64,000 bases of DNA from an uncultured virus (IMG/VR IMGVR_UViG_3300002835_000124) (Duplodnaviria; Heunggongvirae; Uroviricota; Caudoviricetes), in the IMG/VR virus record IMGVR_UViG_3300002835_000124, one strand, 5' to 3'. Both the position numbers and the translations under genes were made by a program. Positions 1-11,800 of this stretch are shown here, piece by piece (the first letter of the stretch is position 1; each line of letters opens with the position of its first letter). The notes beneath the pieces were generated by a model. The model worked only from the letters and a program-made list of their open reading frames with translations. It searched no databases and was not told the origin of the DNA.

Positions 1-129
1 ATCACTGTAAACCGTGAATACAAGCCAAAGAAAGACACAATTGAATACACAGTATTCGTACGCTTTGGTATTCAATGGGAAGAACTAGATGCAGTCGCTT
101 ATGTTGACTCAGATAGCGCTGATTCCTAA
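1..129 (+). CDS. Major capsid protein, C-terminal fragment (partial)
   Basis: Frame 1 reads ITVNREYKPKKDTIEYTVFVRFGIQWEELDAVAYVDSDSADS*, resembling an HK97-fold capsid C-terminus. It is followed by a terminator and head-tail genes. Confidence 0.8.
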   Translation: MTVNREYKPKKDTIEYTVFVRFGIQWEELDAVAYVDSDSADS

Positions 130-149
130 AATATAACAATCACGTACTA

Positions 150-180
150 GGGAGGGCGGTATAAAAACCGTCCTCCTTAT
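150..180 (+). terminator. Intrinsic terminator-like hairpin after the capsid gene
   Basis: GGAGGGCGGT-ataaaa-ACCGTCCTCC stem-loop followed by a T-rich tract. Confidence 0.7.
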
Positions 181-188
181 TGTTATTC

Positions 189-197
189 TGGTATAAT
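189..197 (+). promoter_or_regulatory. Extended -10 promoter
   Basis: TGgTATAAT upstream of SD AGGAG and the ATG at 220. Confidence 0.6.
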
Positions 198-219
198 TAC
201 AAATGAGTACAGGAGAATT

Positions 220-576
220 ATGAATACAACAATGGAAGAACTATCAACTAAAAGTGTCTTAGCATTAAAGTCATATGCTAAAAAAAATAATATAGAACTT
301 TTTGAAGCAACTACCAAACTTGAAATTTTAGAAATCATTGCTAGTTGGTTTCCACCAGAAAATAAAGAAGAGCGTGTAGAAGAAGTGGATAAGGCTGAAA
401 ACATAACAAACAAAGTAGCCTTATATTCAGATAAAAATCTTCACATGGATAATTTAGGTGCATTAAAAGTGGGGTACAACATAGTATCAAAGGAGGCATC
501 GGAAAAGTGGCTAACTCATAGGCTAGTACGTATAGCGTCGCCTGAAGAAGTAGCATCTTATTACCGTAAAGATTAA
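220..576 (+). CDS. Hypothetical protein, possible N-terminal Rho_N/HeH-like helical motif
   Basis: Has an SD. SVLALKSYAKKNNI...TKLEILEII resembles Rho N-terminal-like motifs. Confidence 0.55.
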   Translation: MNTTMEELSTKSVLALKSYAKKNNIELFEATTKLEILEIIASWFPPENKEERVEEVDKAENITNKVALYSDKNLHMDNLGALKVGYNIVSKEASEKWLTHRLVRIASPEEVASYYRKD

Positions 577-1577
577 TGTCAACAGTACTTCGCTTACCAC
601 CATACCCGCTTTCCGTAACCTATAAGGTTCCAGACGAAACAGCAGACTATATACTTGTCATTGAAGATGTTCCAGAGCAAACAGAAATTGAAGAATTCAT
701 TAGTGGAGAATCTGGATTAACATCTTCTTCAGAAGGAACAATTACATATGAGTTAAATGGAGATTTTGTAAAATATGACAAATCTTATGCAGTTACTATT
801 TATGAAGACATTAATGGAGAGCGTGGTGACATTGTAGTTGAAGATAACCTACAGATTGAGCGCCCATACGTAGATCCAACAGAACTGGCAATTGCAAACA
901 ATGAAACCTCTGCAACAGATATTGCCAAGTATAAAGAATATGAATCGTTAGCACGAGCAATTATTGATACTATAGTTGACGGATTTTATTATAAACGCAA
1001 ATATCTTGAGGTAGTTGGACAAGAAACAGACTATATTCCACTTTGGGATAGAACACATAAAATTTTAAAGGCATATGAAAATGCAGAACTGGTTTACGAT
1101 ATTAATGATTCAGATGGACCAGCATTAGGCGATTTTAATTATTTAATTACTAAAGATAAAACTGCAATTACAAAAGACCCAGTACAAGCAACAGATTCTT
1201 TAAATAGGGCAGAAAGACGTCCAGCAAGAATTCCAGTAGCCTCTTCAGATTCATTTGCAATATTTGATACAGAGGATAGTGGAAATGTTCAGACCATCAC
1301 CGCTGGCGTAGGATTTCCAAATGGAACAGATTATATTTTCTTAGTAGAAACAGGATATAAGGTGGTTCCTATTGATATTCAAGATGCTACAAAGTTATTG
1401 ATTAATGATATTAAATGTGGCAAATTAGATTATTATAAGAGATATGTAAAAAACTACAGCACTGATCAATTTAAAATTGAGTATGACAAGAGAATGATTG
1501 AGGGTACTGGAAATATTATTGTAGACAAAATTTTGTCTAAGTATGTTGATAATATTGTTCGTCCTGGAGTTTTATAA
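576..1577 (+). CDS. Putative head-to-tail adaptor
   Basis: Position after capsid; C-terminal VPIDIQDATKLLI...ILSKY pattern typical of adaptors. Confidence 0.6.
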   Translation: MSTVLRLPPYPLSVTYKVPDETADYILVIEDVPEQTEIEEFISGESGLTSSSEGTITYELNGDFVKYDKSYAVTIYEDINGERGDIVVEDNLQIERPYVDPTELAIANNETSATDIAKYKEYESLARAIIDTIVDGFYYKRKYLEVVGQETDYIPLWDRTHKILKAYENAELVYDINDSDGPALGDFNYLITKDKTAITKDPVQATDSLNRAERRPARIPVASSDSFAIFDTEDSGNVQTITAGVGFPNGTDYIFLVETGYKVVPIDIQDATKLLINDIKCGKLDYYKRYVKNYSTDQFKIEYDKRMIEGTGNIIVDKILSKYVDNIVRPGVL

Positions 1578-2026
1578 TGAACTCATGTGAAGTTACAGAC
1601 TTTATGTATCCAATGAAGGCTGATGTATATTTTCCAATTCTTACACAAGGGGAATATGGTCAACCTAAAAAGGATTGGGTTTATGATAGAACTATAATCT
1701 GCAATGCAACACCAGTAGGTGGTTTAGGAACAGAAGATATTAAACCAGAAGCATTTTTACAATATGAAAATAAACTTATTGCAAGGACCCAAAATGACCC
1801 CAGACTTTCTTCAAATAATGCTAACAATGCAACAACAAATATACTTGTAACAAATGTTAGAGATGCAAGTGATAACACAATTTATAAAGAAACTGCTGGG
1901 CCAAGATCTGGCAGAGGAACTATTTATGAGATAGCAACAGTTGAGCCATTTACTGGACCATTTGGATCTATAGAATATTATAAAATGCTATGGCGTAGAA
2001 CTGAAAATCAGACTGTAGGTGACTAA
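1577..2026 (+). CDS. Putative head closure (stopper) protein
   Basis: Synteny, 149 aa, beta-rich, with a GEYGQ...W motif. Confidence 0.5.
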   Translation: MNSCEVTDFMYPMKADVYFPILTQGEYGQPKKDWVYDRTIICNATPVGGLGTEDIKPEAFLQYENKLIARTQNDPRLSSNNANNATTNILVTNVRDASDNTIYKETAGPRSGRGTIYEIATVEPFTGPFGSIEYYKMLWRRTENQTVGD

Positions 2027-2703
2027 TGATAGTTACAATGAATACAAAACTTTTTGATAAACAAATGAAAAATATTATTGACTATTCTGTTGGATTTTTA
2101 GATGGTATTCATAAAGGTAAAAAAGTATTTTTAGATAGGTTAGGCCTCGGAGTGATTCAGGCTCTTGCACAATATGTTGATGTTGAAGCAAGATCAAATC
2201 CAAAAGCATTGCACCATATTTATGAGTGGAATCAAACTGGTAGCCCAAATGCAAGATTGTTTGATTTAAAATATACTGTTAGTAATCTTGGATTGTCTAT
2301 TAATTCTTCATTTAGACAGTCAAGAACGGTGTCTGAAAAAATGACTGTGCCATTTTATAATAAAGCAAAGATTATGGAAAATGGTGTTCCAGTTACAATT
2401 GCGCCAACTAAATCTAGGGTGTTAAAATTTGATGGACCAAGTGGAGAAGTTTTTACAAGTAAGCCAATTACCGTAGACAATCCTGGGGGAGATATGGTTT
2501 ATGGAAGTTTTGAAAAAACAGTAGATGAGTTTATCTTAAGATATTTTAAGCAATCATTTTTAAAGGCTTCTGGTATTTATGATTATATTAAAAAGCCAAA
2601 ACTTTATAAGGCAAACATGAAGGCTGGATCAAGAATGGGTAGAAGCAAGGGTATTGATACAGGGTTTAAATGGATTGCTAATGCAACAATTGGGGTAGAA
2701 TAA
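2026..2703 (+). CDS. Putative neck / tail-completion protein
   Basis: Synteny between stopper and tail terminator; basic 225-aa protein. Confidence 0.45.
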   Translation: MIVTMNTKLFDKQMKNIIDYSVGFLDGIHKGKKVFLDRLGLGVIQALAQYVDVEARSNPKALHHIYEWNQTGSPNARLFDLKYTVSNLGLSINSSFRQSRTVSEKMTVPFYNKAKIMENGVPVTIAPTKSRVLKFDGPSGEVFTSKPITVDNPGGDMVYGSFEKTVDEFILRYFKQSFLKASGIYDYIKKPKLYKANMKAGSRMGRSKGIDTGFKWIANATIGVE

Positions 2704-2707
2704 GACT

Positions 2708-3286
2708 ATGAGTATATTAACGGACACTGGTTTTCCACCCACATTTTTAAATAGATATGTTTTGTCTGAGTTAGCATTTTATGAACTTGTAGCAGAATCA
2801 GATTTATTATCTCCAGGTGTAAATCCTATGGTTCCAGCACAAATTCCAACCAATATTGAAGATTTATATAATGATAGTATTCAAATTAGGCAAACAGAAA
2901 GCCCAGTATTAATTGTCTATGATAGATTGATGAGATTTAGACCTACCCCTTTTTATGCTCATAAAAGAGAACAGTTGATCTATTTTATATACTCTACGGA
3001 TGTTGGTAAATTAATAGACTCAGTTCGTGTTATTTCAAATGCCCTTGATCGTGAAGACGCCTCAGCCCAAGACATCAACTCCTACAGTCTTTCAAATCCA
3101 ATACTAAACTCCGCTGGAGAAGTATCTATCCCATATAACATTTATTTTCACAATACCAGGGTATATCAGGCGGACGAAAGTAGGGACGTAGCAGAGTTGG
3201 CATCCGCAAGAACCCTTTTTGTTAACAAACTAATTATTGAGTATGACTATCACATCAAGACTGAGCCAGATTCTAGATATACATAA
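2708..3286 (+). CDS. Putative tail terminator protein
   Basis: Immediately upstream of the tail tube gene; TAGAAT lies 6 nt before the ATG. Confidence 0.45.
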   Translation: MSILTDTGFPPTFLNRYVLSELAFYELVAESDLLSPGVNPMVPAQIPTNIEDLYNDSIQIRQTESPVLIVYDRLMRFRPTPFYAHKREQLIYFIYSTDVGKLIDSVRVISNALDREDASAQDINSYSLSNPILNSAGEVSIPYNIYFHNTRVYQADESRDVAELASARTLFVNKLIIEYDYHIKTEPDSRYT

Positions 3287-3357
3287 ACAGCGGTATAATA
3301 GGTTTTGAGGAAACACGCCAAACAACTTAATATACTTTATGAAAGAGGTGAAATAAT

Positions 3358-3990
3358 ATGCCATATAGCCGTGGTACGTCAAACAACATTATCGTTGGTG
3401 CAGCAGCACTTTTCGTTGCTGATACAACTCTAACTCCAGGTACACTGGAGGCTTTTGACGCAAGTGAGTCTTTTAAAGATACACTTTCAGATGAAGCAGA
3501 TTACACTAACATAGGTTACACCATGAACGGTCTAGAATTGCAGTTCCAACCAGACTTCGGTGAAGTCCAGGTAGACCAAATTCTTGACGTTGCAAAACTA
3601 TATAAGCAAGGTATGCAGGTTAATCTTGCTACCGCTTTTGCTGAAGCAACACTAGAAAACTTGCTTCTTGCATTAGCATTTTCTGATGCACAACTTACAG
3701 GAAACAAGGCAGCATCTACAGGTCAGACACTTAATCTATCTGCAGGTGAACTTGGAGAATGTCCAGTAGAACGAGGAATCGTTGCTGTTGGACCAGGAAC
3801 TGGAGATTGCGACAACTCTGACTCTGTTGAGCGTGTTTACACAGCATATCGTGCTCTATCAATTGAGAACGTAACTGTATCCGCAAAGCGTGACGAAGCG
3901 TCAATGTTTGAAGTTTCATTCCGTCTTCTTCCAGAAGATGCGTCAGGATCATACGGTAAGATCGTAGATCGTACATTTGGTCAATCATAA
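3358..3990 (+). CDS. Major tail (tube) protein
   Basis: IGYTMNGLELQFQPDFGEVQVDQ and AEATLENL motifs; strong SD GAGGTG; own promoter (TATAAT at 3294) and terminator. Confidence 0.85.
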   Translation: MPYSRGTSNNIIVGAAALFVADTTLTPGTLEAFDASESFKDTLSDEADYTNIGYTMNGLELQFQPDFGEVQVDQILDVAKLYKQGMQVNLATAFAEATLENLLLALAFSDAQLTGNKAASTGQTLNLSAGELGECPVERGIVAVGPGTGDCDNSDSVERVYTAYRALSIENVTVSAKRDEASMFEVSFRLLPEDASGSYGKIVDRTFGQS

Positions 3991-4009
3991 TCTAATTTTA
4001 GATTAAAGC

Positions 4010-4045
4010 AAAAGCCCATCTCTTATGAGGTGGGTTTTTTCTTTT
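4010..4045 (+). terminator. Intrinsic terminator
   Basis: AAAAGCCCATCTC-ttat-GAGGTGGGTTTTT followed by a T tract. Confidence 0.85.
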
Positions 4046-4068
4046 GCCTATGATAGAATAGATAAATC

Positions 4069-4764
4069 ATGGCAACAACAGTTTATCAAAATAAAGTAAT
4101 AAATCTTATTGATGGAACAGAACTAGAGATTATTCCATTAAAAATAAAATATCTTCGTGAGTTTATGGAGGCTTTTGAAAATGTAAAAAAGGCCGAGGAC
4201 GATGACCAAGCAATAGATTGCTTAATGGAATGTGTTAGGATTGCTATGAAGCAATATTATCCAGGAATAGCGTTAAAAAAAGATGACATAGAAGATAGTT
4301 TTGATATGCCCACAATATATACAATTTTAGATGTTTCAGCAGGAATAAAAATAAACAGGGGATCAGAGGAAACTGTTAAAACTCAGGCAACAGAGAGTGG
4401 ATCAACCTGGTCTGATTTAGACTTAGCAAAAATTGAGGCTGAAGCATTTTTATTGGGTATTTGGAAAGATTATAAGGAGTTAGAAGAGTCTTTATCTATG
4501 CCAGAGTTAATGGCTACACTTTCTAGTCGTAGAGAACTTGATTACGAAGAAAAAAAATTTCTTGCTGCAATTCAAGGGGTAGATTTAGACAAACAGTCTG
4601 GATCGTCACGAGGCCAAAAGGAGTGGGAAGATATGAAGGCTAGAGTATTTAGCAAAGGTGCAACAAATGATAGTAAAGACATCTTGGCACTCCAAGGACA
4701 AAATGCTAAAAAAGCAGGGTTTGGTATTGGCATGGGATTAGAGTATGAAGATTTGACAAAATAA
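4069..4764 (+). CDS. Tail assembly chaperone, long (GT-like) form
   Basis: Lies between tail tube and tape measure. The N-terminal ~105 aa are paralogous to 5546..5878, followed by an in-frame C-terminal extension. Confidence 0.7.
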   Translation: MATTVYQNKVINLIDGTELEIIPLKIKYLREFMEAFENVKKAEDDDQAIDCLMECVRIAMKQYYPGIALKKDDIEDSFDMPTIYTILDVSAGIKINRGSEETVKTQATESGSTWSDLDLAKIEAEAFLLGIWKDYKELEESLSMPELMATLSSRRELDYEEKKFLAAIQGVDLDKQSGSSRGQKEWEDMKARVFSKGATNDSKDILALQGQNAKKAGFGIGMGLEYEDLTK

Positions 4765-4792
4765 AATAATAGGTATGTGATAAACTATAAGA

Positions 4793-5440
4793 ATGGAAAA
4801 AACTAAAAAAATGAAAAAAGGCTTTTGGGATTCAGTTTGGGCTGGAAACCATTCATATGTTAGTAAAAATAGTACAAAAGAATTGCCATGGGAAACGTAT
4901 ACCTATGATAAAAATTTGGAAGAATTTGTAAATCAAAATAATATTGAAGAATATGATGTTCTTGAACTTGGATGTGGGTCTGGAAATGATACATTATTCT
5001 TATCAAAAAAAGCAAAAAGCGTAACTGCCATAGATGTATCTGAGGTTGCAATAAATATTGCTAAGGAAAATAATGTCGGTAGAAATAACGTAGAATTTAT
5101 TGTGGGAGATTTACACTTTGATTTGCCAGACAAAAAATATGATCTTATATATGATAGGGGTTGTTTTCATAATAATTTAGATATAATAAATACTTATTTT
5201 AAAATTTTGTACTCAAGGCTAAAGCCTGGTGGAAAGGCAATTTTAATTTCTGGTAATCTAAATAATAAAAATAACAGATATACCACACCAGATGCCATAA
5301 ACATCTCAGCAGTAGAATTACCATCCTCTGGCTTATTTCATATAAAATATGTAAAAGAAATAGTGCACGAACTAAACAAGAATTATGAAAACTGCCTAGG
5401 CTGGTTTTTTGTTTTAGAAAAAATAGACCCCTTTATTTAA
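4793..5440 (+). CDS. Class I SAM-dependent methyltransferase
   Basis: VLELGCGSG motif I, AIDVS, YDLIYDRGCFH, LKPGG. Confidence 0.9.
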   Translation: MEKTKKMKKGFWDSVWAGNHSYVSKNSTKELPWETYTYDKNLEEFVNQNNIEEYDVLELGCGSGNDTLFLSKKAKSVTAIDVSEVAINIAKENNVGRNNVEFIVGDLHFDLPDKKYDLIYDRGCFHNNLDIINTYFKILYSRLKPGGKAILISGNLNNKNNRYTTPDAINISAVELPSSGLFHIKYVKEIVHELNKNYENCLGWFFVLEKIDPFI

Positions 5441-5545
5441 TTACCTCCCATATTTAGTTTTTTAGGCATTTAAGGCATTAAAAATACTTGTAAAAATAAG
5501 GCCCTTACATGATATAATTAACATAGCCTATAGGAGGAAAAATCA

Positions 5546-5878
5546 ATGGCAACAAGCACGTATGAAGAGGTAGAACTAGTTCTTTTGGACGGTACAAAGA
5601 TTAAGGCAAGACCGCTTAAAATCTCATTACTTCGTCCATTTATGAAGAAGTTTTCAGAACTAGCAGAGGTGGCAGAAGATAATGACAAGTCAACGACTGT
5701 CCTTATTGATTGTGTTCAAATTGCTATGAAGCAATATAAGCCAGAAATTGCAGATGATGCTAAAAAGTTAGAAGAGAATATTGATCTTCCAACTGTTTAT
5801 AAGATTATTGAATCTGCTTCAGGGGTAAAACTTCAAGATGCAAATGCACTCTTGAACACAGTTCTTGCAAACAATTAA
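5546..5878 (+). CDS. Tail assembly chaperone, short (G-like) form
   Basis: Directly before the tape measure; SD AGGAGG; own TGaTATAAT at 5510-5518; paralog of the 4069 N-terminus. Confidence 0.75.
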   Translation: MATSTYEEVELVLLDGTKIKARPLKISLLRPFMKKFSELAEVAEDNDKSTTVLIDCVQIAMKQYKPEIADDAKKLEENIDLPTVYKIIESASGVKLQDANALLNTVLANN

Positions 5879-5893
5879 ACAATGAGGTGACAA

Positions 5894-8800
5894 ATGAGTG
5901 ATGTTAATGCCAAAATTGGCGTACAAATTGATACGTCGCAGGCGTTAGCGGAACTTAAAAGTTTACAGCGACAGTTAGCACTATTCCATACTTCGGTATC
6001 AAAGGGTAGTGCTTCTGCTGCTGCTCAACAAAGAAACATGCAGCAGAATCTGCTGAACTCAATAAATGCTACTGGTAAATTCTCAGCACAGATGGGTGTC
6101 GTTAGAACATCCACAGAATCTTTCACAAATGCTCTTGAAAAAAACAAACTTTCAATGCGGGAATATTTCCGTTATGCTGGCGGATCTACAAAAACATTTG
6201 GAAGATTATTTAAATCAGAATTTGACACAATTGGCAAAGTAGCACAAGATCGTGTAAAAAGATTACAAACACAATATATTAAGTTAGGCCGTGATGCAAG
6301 CGGTGCAATGAAGGCTATCTCTGTTACTCCAACTAGCCTAAATATGAAAGACTACGGAACACAGGTTGCATTAGCAGCACAAAAGCAAGCATTATTCAAT
6401 CAGTTAGTAAAACAAGGATCTACAAATCTTTTAAACTTTGGTAAAAATACACAGTGGGCAGGTCGCCAACTTATGGTTGGTTTTACAATTCCTCTTGCCT
6501 ATCTTGGAACTGTTGCTGGAAAAACTTTTATGGATCTTGAAGCACAAGCCATCAGGTTTAAGCGTGTATATGGAGATATATTTACAACAACAGAACAAAC
6601 AAATGAGGCTCTTGAAAATGTAAGACAACTTGCAGAATCATTTACTAAGTATGGAATTGCAGTTGTAGATACGATGAAGATGGCAGCAGATGCTGCAGCA
6701 ATGGGTAAGACTGGTGCAGAACTTACAGCGCAGGTAGCCCAAGCAACAAGACTTGCAGTTCTTGGTGGTGTAGAGCAAGGACAGGCTCTAGAAACAACTA
6801 TATCTATTACAAACGCATTTGGTACAGCAGCAGAAGATTTGGCAAAAAAGATTAACTTCCTTAACGCAGTTGAAAACCAAACAGTCGTATCTATTGAAGA
6901 TTTAACTATTGCAATTCCTAAAGCAGGTCCAGTTGTAAAACAACTTGGTGGAGATGTTGAAGATTTAGCATTCTTTTTAACAGCAATGAAAGAAGGCGGA
7001 ATCAATGCATCAGAAGGTGCTAACGCACTTAAGTCTGGTTTAGCATCACTCATTAATCCAACTAAAAAAGCATCTGAAATGCTTGCAGATATGGGAATTA
7101 ATATCAAAGCAATTGTTGAAGGTAATCAGGGTGATATTAAGAGTACAGTTATTGACTTTTCAAGAGCGCTGGATACTCTAGACCCACTTAATCGTGCTCG
7201 TGCAATTGAGCAGTTATTTGGTAAGTTTCAGTTCTCACGTTTATCAACATTGTTTCAAAACGTAACAAAAGACGGAACACAGGCTGCAAAAGTTCTTGGA
7301 TTAACAACAAATTCTGTTGAACAACTTGCAATTATGTCTGAAAGAGAACTTGGAGTTTTAGAGGATGCAGTTGGAACTAAGTTTAAAAAAGCAATTGAGG
7401 ATCTTAGATTAACACTTGAACCAGTTGGCAAAACATTTTTAGAGGCAGTAACACCAATTGCACAATCAGTTGCAGGTTTGCTAGATAAGTTTAATAATCT
7501 TGGAGATGGCACAAAGAAGTTTATTGTAGTTGCAACAACGCTGGTTGGAATTATTGGTCCAGTATTATTAATGACTTTTGGTTTATTAATGAACGCAGTA
7601 GCAAACGGAATAAAACTATTTGCAATAATGCGTACAGGATTTTTAAAACTTGGTGGAAATAGCAAAATTCTTGCAGAACAAACAAACTATTTATCGGTAG
7701 AGCAACTAGAGGCTGCAACAGTAGCAGCATCATTAAACCAAGCACATAATAGACTCACACAACAATTTAATATTGAGGCATCTGCTGTAAGAGCACTTCG
7801 TCAAGCATATATTGATGCAACAGTCGCTGCAGCCAACTTTGCAAGAACAAATCCAGGAATGATGATGCCTGGCAGAGGCGGGGCACCAAAGAAATTTGCA
7901 AGAGGAACTGCATCTGTACCAGGAAGAGGTAACAAAGATAATGTTCCTGCAGTGCTTATGCCTGGAGAAGCGGTAATTCCAACAGACATTGCACAAAATC
8001 CACAAGTCCAGCCAATTATTGAAGCATTGCTTGGCGGTAAACTTCAGGCATTTGGAACTGGAACTGGAGATGCACAACCATTTGCTAACTCTCCAAAGTT
8101 CCAACCAAAGATGGATCTTAGTGGGCCTTCAGCACAAGTTCTTAATACTAACCCAAGCCAAATAAATAGTCTTCTTTTGGGCAAATCAGCATTTACAGAA
8201 ACCAACGAAGCCTTTGCTGCAAGAAACGCAGCACTTCTCGCAAGAATGCAAGGGGCAAAATCTCAAACAAAATCAAACCTAGTATTTGGACATGCTGTAG
8301 ATCATAAACAGATTTCTGGAACAAAGGTTTCAGAGCAGTTTAGAAAACTTGGTTTTGGAAGAGAAAACCTATACACTGCTGTTGGGTTTGATATTCCTAA
8401 AGAAATGAATGGGCAACTAAATAGAAAAAATTCAACAGTTACTGCTGGAGAATATAGACGAGCAATTCTTGATGATAACTCTTTAAGAACAATGACAATA
8501 AGTCTTTCTAAGCAGGGAATTCCAGATACAGATGCGCTTAGAGTTGCAAAAGAAATTAGAACTAATTTATTAAAATCTTTAAATTCTTTACCAGATAATG
8601 CTTTAATTAATGACAAGATGATTTATTCTAGAATGGGTAATGAAAGGTCTGGAATCATGGGTGCTCTTGCAAAATCTGCAGACCCAATTGTATCTAGATC
8701 AGCAAGAACCTTGCTTGGTGCAGCATCTACAAGTGCTGTTGGTGGATCAAGCATTAAAACAGATAAATTAAAATCAATTGATGATGTTATTAAGGCTGTA

Positions 8801-11800
8801 CAAAAAACTAATTCAAATCCAATATTAGTTAAAAAATTAAATGAATTGAAAGCAATTGATCCAAAACTATTAATTCCAACCAGTTTAAATGATAAAGGTG
8901 AAATTGTTGCTTACCGCAGACCTGAAATAACAGGTGGAAAAATTACAAAGAATAACGTAATTAATGGACTAATTGATGGTAAGTTTAAATCACAAAGAGA
9001 GTTCCTTGGTGGAGGAAGACAAGTTCTTAAAATTACTAAATCAATGAATGATCGTTTTGATAGATTAATTGGTAAACAACCTCAAAAAGAAACTGTTGCT
9101 GTTAGAGCAAGAGGAGAGTACAAGGTTGACGCAAAGGGTAATTTAACCCCACTAACTGGACAAAACACCGAAAGAAAACCAGCATCCATTCAAACAACAA
9201 GTAGAAATGTTTCAGACAATAGAACAACAACACTTAATCCAAACGAAACTGTAGTTCAAAGAATCCGAAGACTTCGTGGGTTTGCAAATGCACCACAAGT
9301 TGATCCAAAAACTGGAAGCACAACAATGGGAGAAGTATCCCAATCAGCAAGACTATCTCGTGCACAGTTGTTGGCAGCGGTAGAAAAAATAAGTTTAAAA
9401 GAAGCCAAAAGACGTATAGCAGCAGAAGGCAAACTAACAAATGCAATGAATGAGTCTACAGAGGCTCAAAAGACAACAAAGCAAAAGTTATCAGAGTTTA
9501 GTTCAAAGGCAAGTCTTGGTATAGGTGCAGTTTCTGGACTTACAATTGCAGCATCTTTTGCTGGCGGTAAATTAGGAGAAATGGCTCAAACAATAATGCC
9601 ATTTGTTTTTGGATTACAAGGTATAGTTGCATTACTTCCAATGCTTGCAAATCCATGGGTTGCAGCAGTAGCAGCAATTGCTTTGGTTGGTGGAACATTA
9701 TATAAGATGTCAAAAGACATGGAAAAAGCAAGGCAAGAAGGAATTAATCTTTCTAATGCAATGAGTATGACTTCAAAGAAAATTGTTGATCTATCTGTAA
9801 TATCTGGAACTGTTAGCGCAAGTGAAGAGGCTGCTAGAAGAAGAAAGAATATCGTTTCTGGAACAGTTGAGGGACAAAGGCAATTTGGACAAAATGTATT
9901 GGGTAGTGAATTTGGAAAACAAATACTTGCAGATATAGAAATTCAATCTAAAAATGGTCAATCTATTAAGCAAATATCTCAAAATTTAGCCAATAACTTA
10001 GCAGTAGCAGTTGCTCAAGGTGCAGTAACAACAAGCCAAGCAAGAAGTATTGCTGCAGCCCTTGGAGAAGAACTTGGAAGTTATGAAATACCAGCGCTTG
10101 TTAGCGGCAAACTTGTATCACTTCTTGGTCCTAATGGAGAAAACCTCACTACGGATCCTTTGCAGGTAACATTAGAAATACAAAGATCCTCAATGGACAA
10201 GCAGGCGCAAGCATTTCAAACTGCAATAAAAGGAGTGCTAGAAAATAAAAATACATTTGCTGGTGCAAAATTAGACATGGCTCCAACAAGTATTTTTGAT
10301 AGATTTAAAAATTTATTTGACCCTACAACACTTTTTGATTATTTTGGAGAAAGAAAACAATCTGCAAAACTTACATCAGCAGCAGTTCAATTAGGCTTAC
10401 AAGAAGTAGCACAAAATCAAGGACTTGTAGATTCATTAAACAGACAATACGACATAAAATTAAAATCTGCAAAAACTGAACAAGAAATAAATACAATTCA
10501 AGGACAACGAAAAGATGCTCTTAATCAGTTGAATGCCAATAATGCAAATGCTTTAAACTTATTAATTAAACAAAAAGATCAGTTGGGCGTAGATGGGTTT
10601 ACTAAAGGTATTAAGGCTGCAGCAGATGCAATGTATAAAGAAGGCCCTATGGCAGTCTTTAAAGATCAGGCAATAGAAGCATTAAATAAATTAAAAGATT
10701 CAAAATTTAAAACAGAATTGCAGGTAGGTCTTGCATCTGGTCAGGTTAGTCCAACAGTAATTACAAAAATTCTTTCAACTGCAGCAGGAAATAAAGGATT
10801 TGAAACAGCATTTAAAATTTTGGTTGACAAGCAAGGTCTTGCAGATGCCTCACTAATATCAGAATTATTGCCATCAGGAGGCGCTGACGATACAACTAGA
10901 ACTCTTATGATGTCATATATTAATAATAATGAAGAAGACTTTAAAACAGATATGGAAGCATTGGCTTTCTTAAATCAAATAAATCCTACATATGGAATTA
11001 CTCTTGACCTTAAGGCCAATGGAATACAACAAATAGCAACTGCAACAAATGCTTTAAAACAAGTTGAAGGGTTAGATCCTCAATTAACTAAAGAAGTTGT
11101 TGCAAAACTTGCTGAAGAAAAGCCTGGAGAATGGAAGGCATTTTATGATCAGTGGAGCATTTTATCTGAAGGAAAAGATTTTGTAAATAAAAATATAAAA
11201 GTGGCTTTTGACGTTGTTTCTAATGATCCAAACTTTAAAGGGTTTGGTTCTTCTGCTGGCAAATCTGTTGCAGATATTATTGCAAAAGGTGGCATATTGC
11301 CAGGCCCTGTTCCAACAGGCCCAGATCCAGTTGACAACAAAAATAAAAATAGAGATACATTCCTTGATGATTTATTAATAAAGTTAAAATTATTTAGAAA
11401 AGAATCCGTAAATGCTATGGGTGGCTGGAACGAGTTATTAAAGCAACTTGGCAAAGGTAAAACAATAGATAACTTTGATGGTGTTGTTAACAAATTATCA
11501 AGGTTAAAAGTTAACGAAAGTGTTTTACAATTTGCAGAAGGACTAGATGCAGAAAATGCTGCAAAATTCTTTAATAAAATTACGGATAAGGCTAAAAATG
11601 GAAAATTAGTTTTAAATCAATACGGTAAAGCACTTAATCAATTATTCCCTACAATTCAGGCTGGAACTTATTTAAGAGCACAAGAAAAAATAAAAAATGA
11701 AAACAATATACAAATTAAAGCATTAGATACTCTTAAGAAAAAAGGTGTTGATGCAGCCACCGCTTTAAAGATGCTTGAAGACCCAGCAACAGCAGCAGCA

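Noticed and set aside
5840..5893. Programmed frameshift at the end of the short tail chaperone
   Set aside because: There is no XXXYYYZ slippery site, and only 15 nt separate the stop from the tape measure start, so no T reading frame exists.
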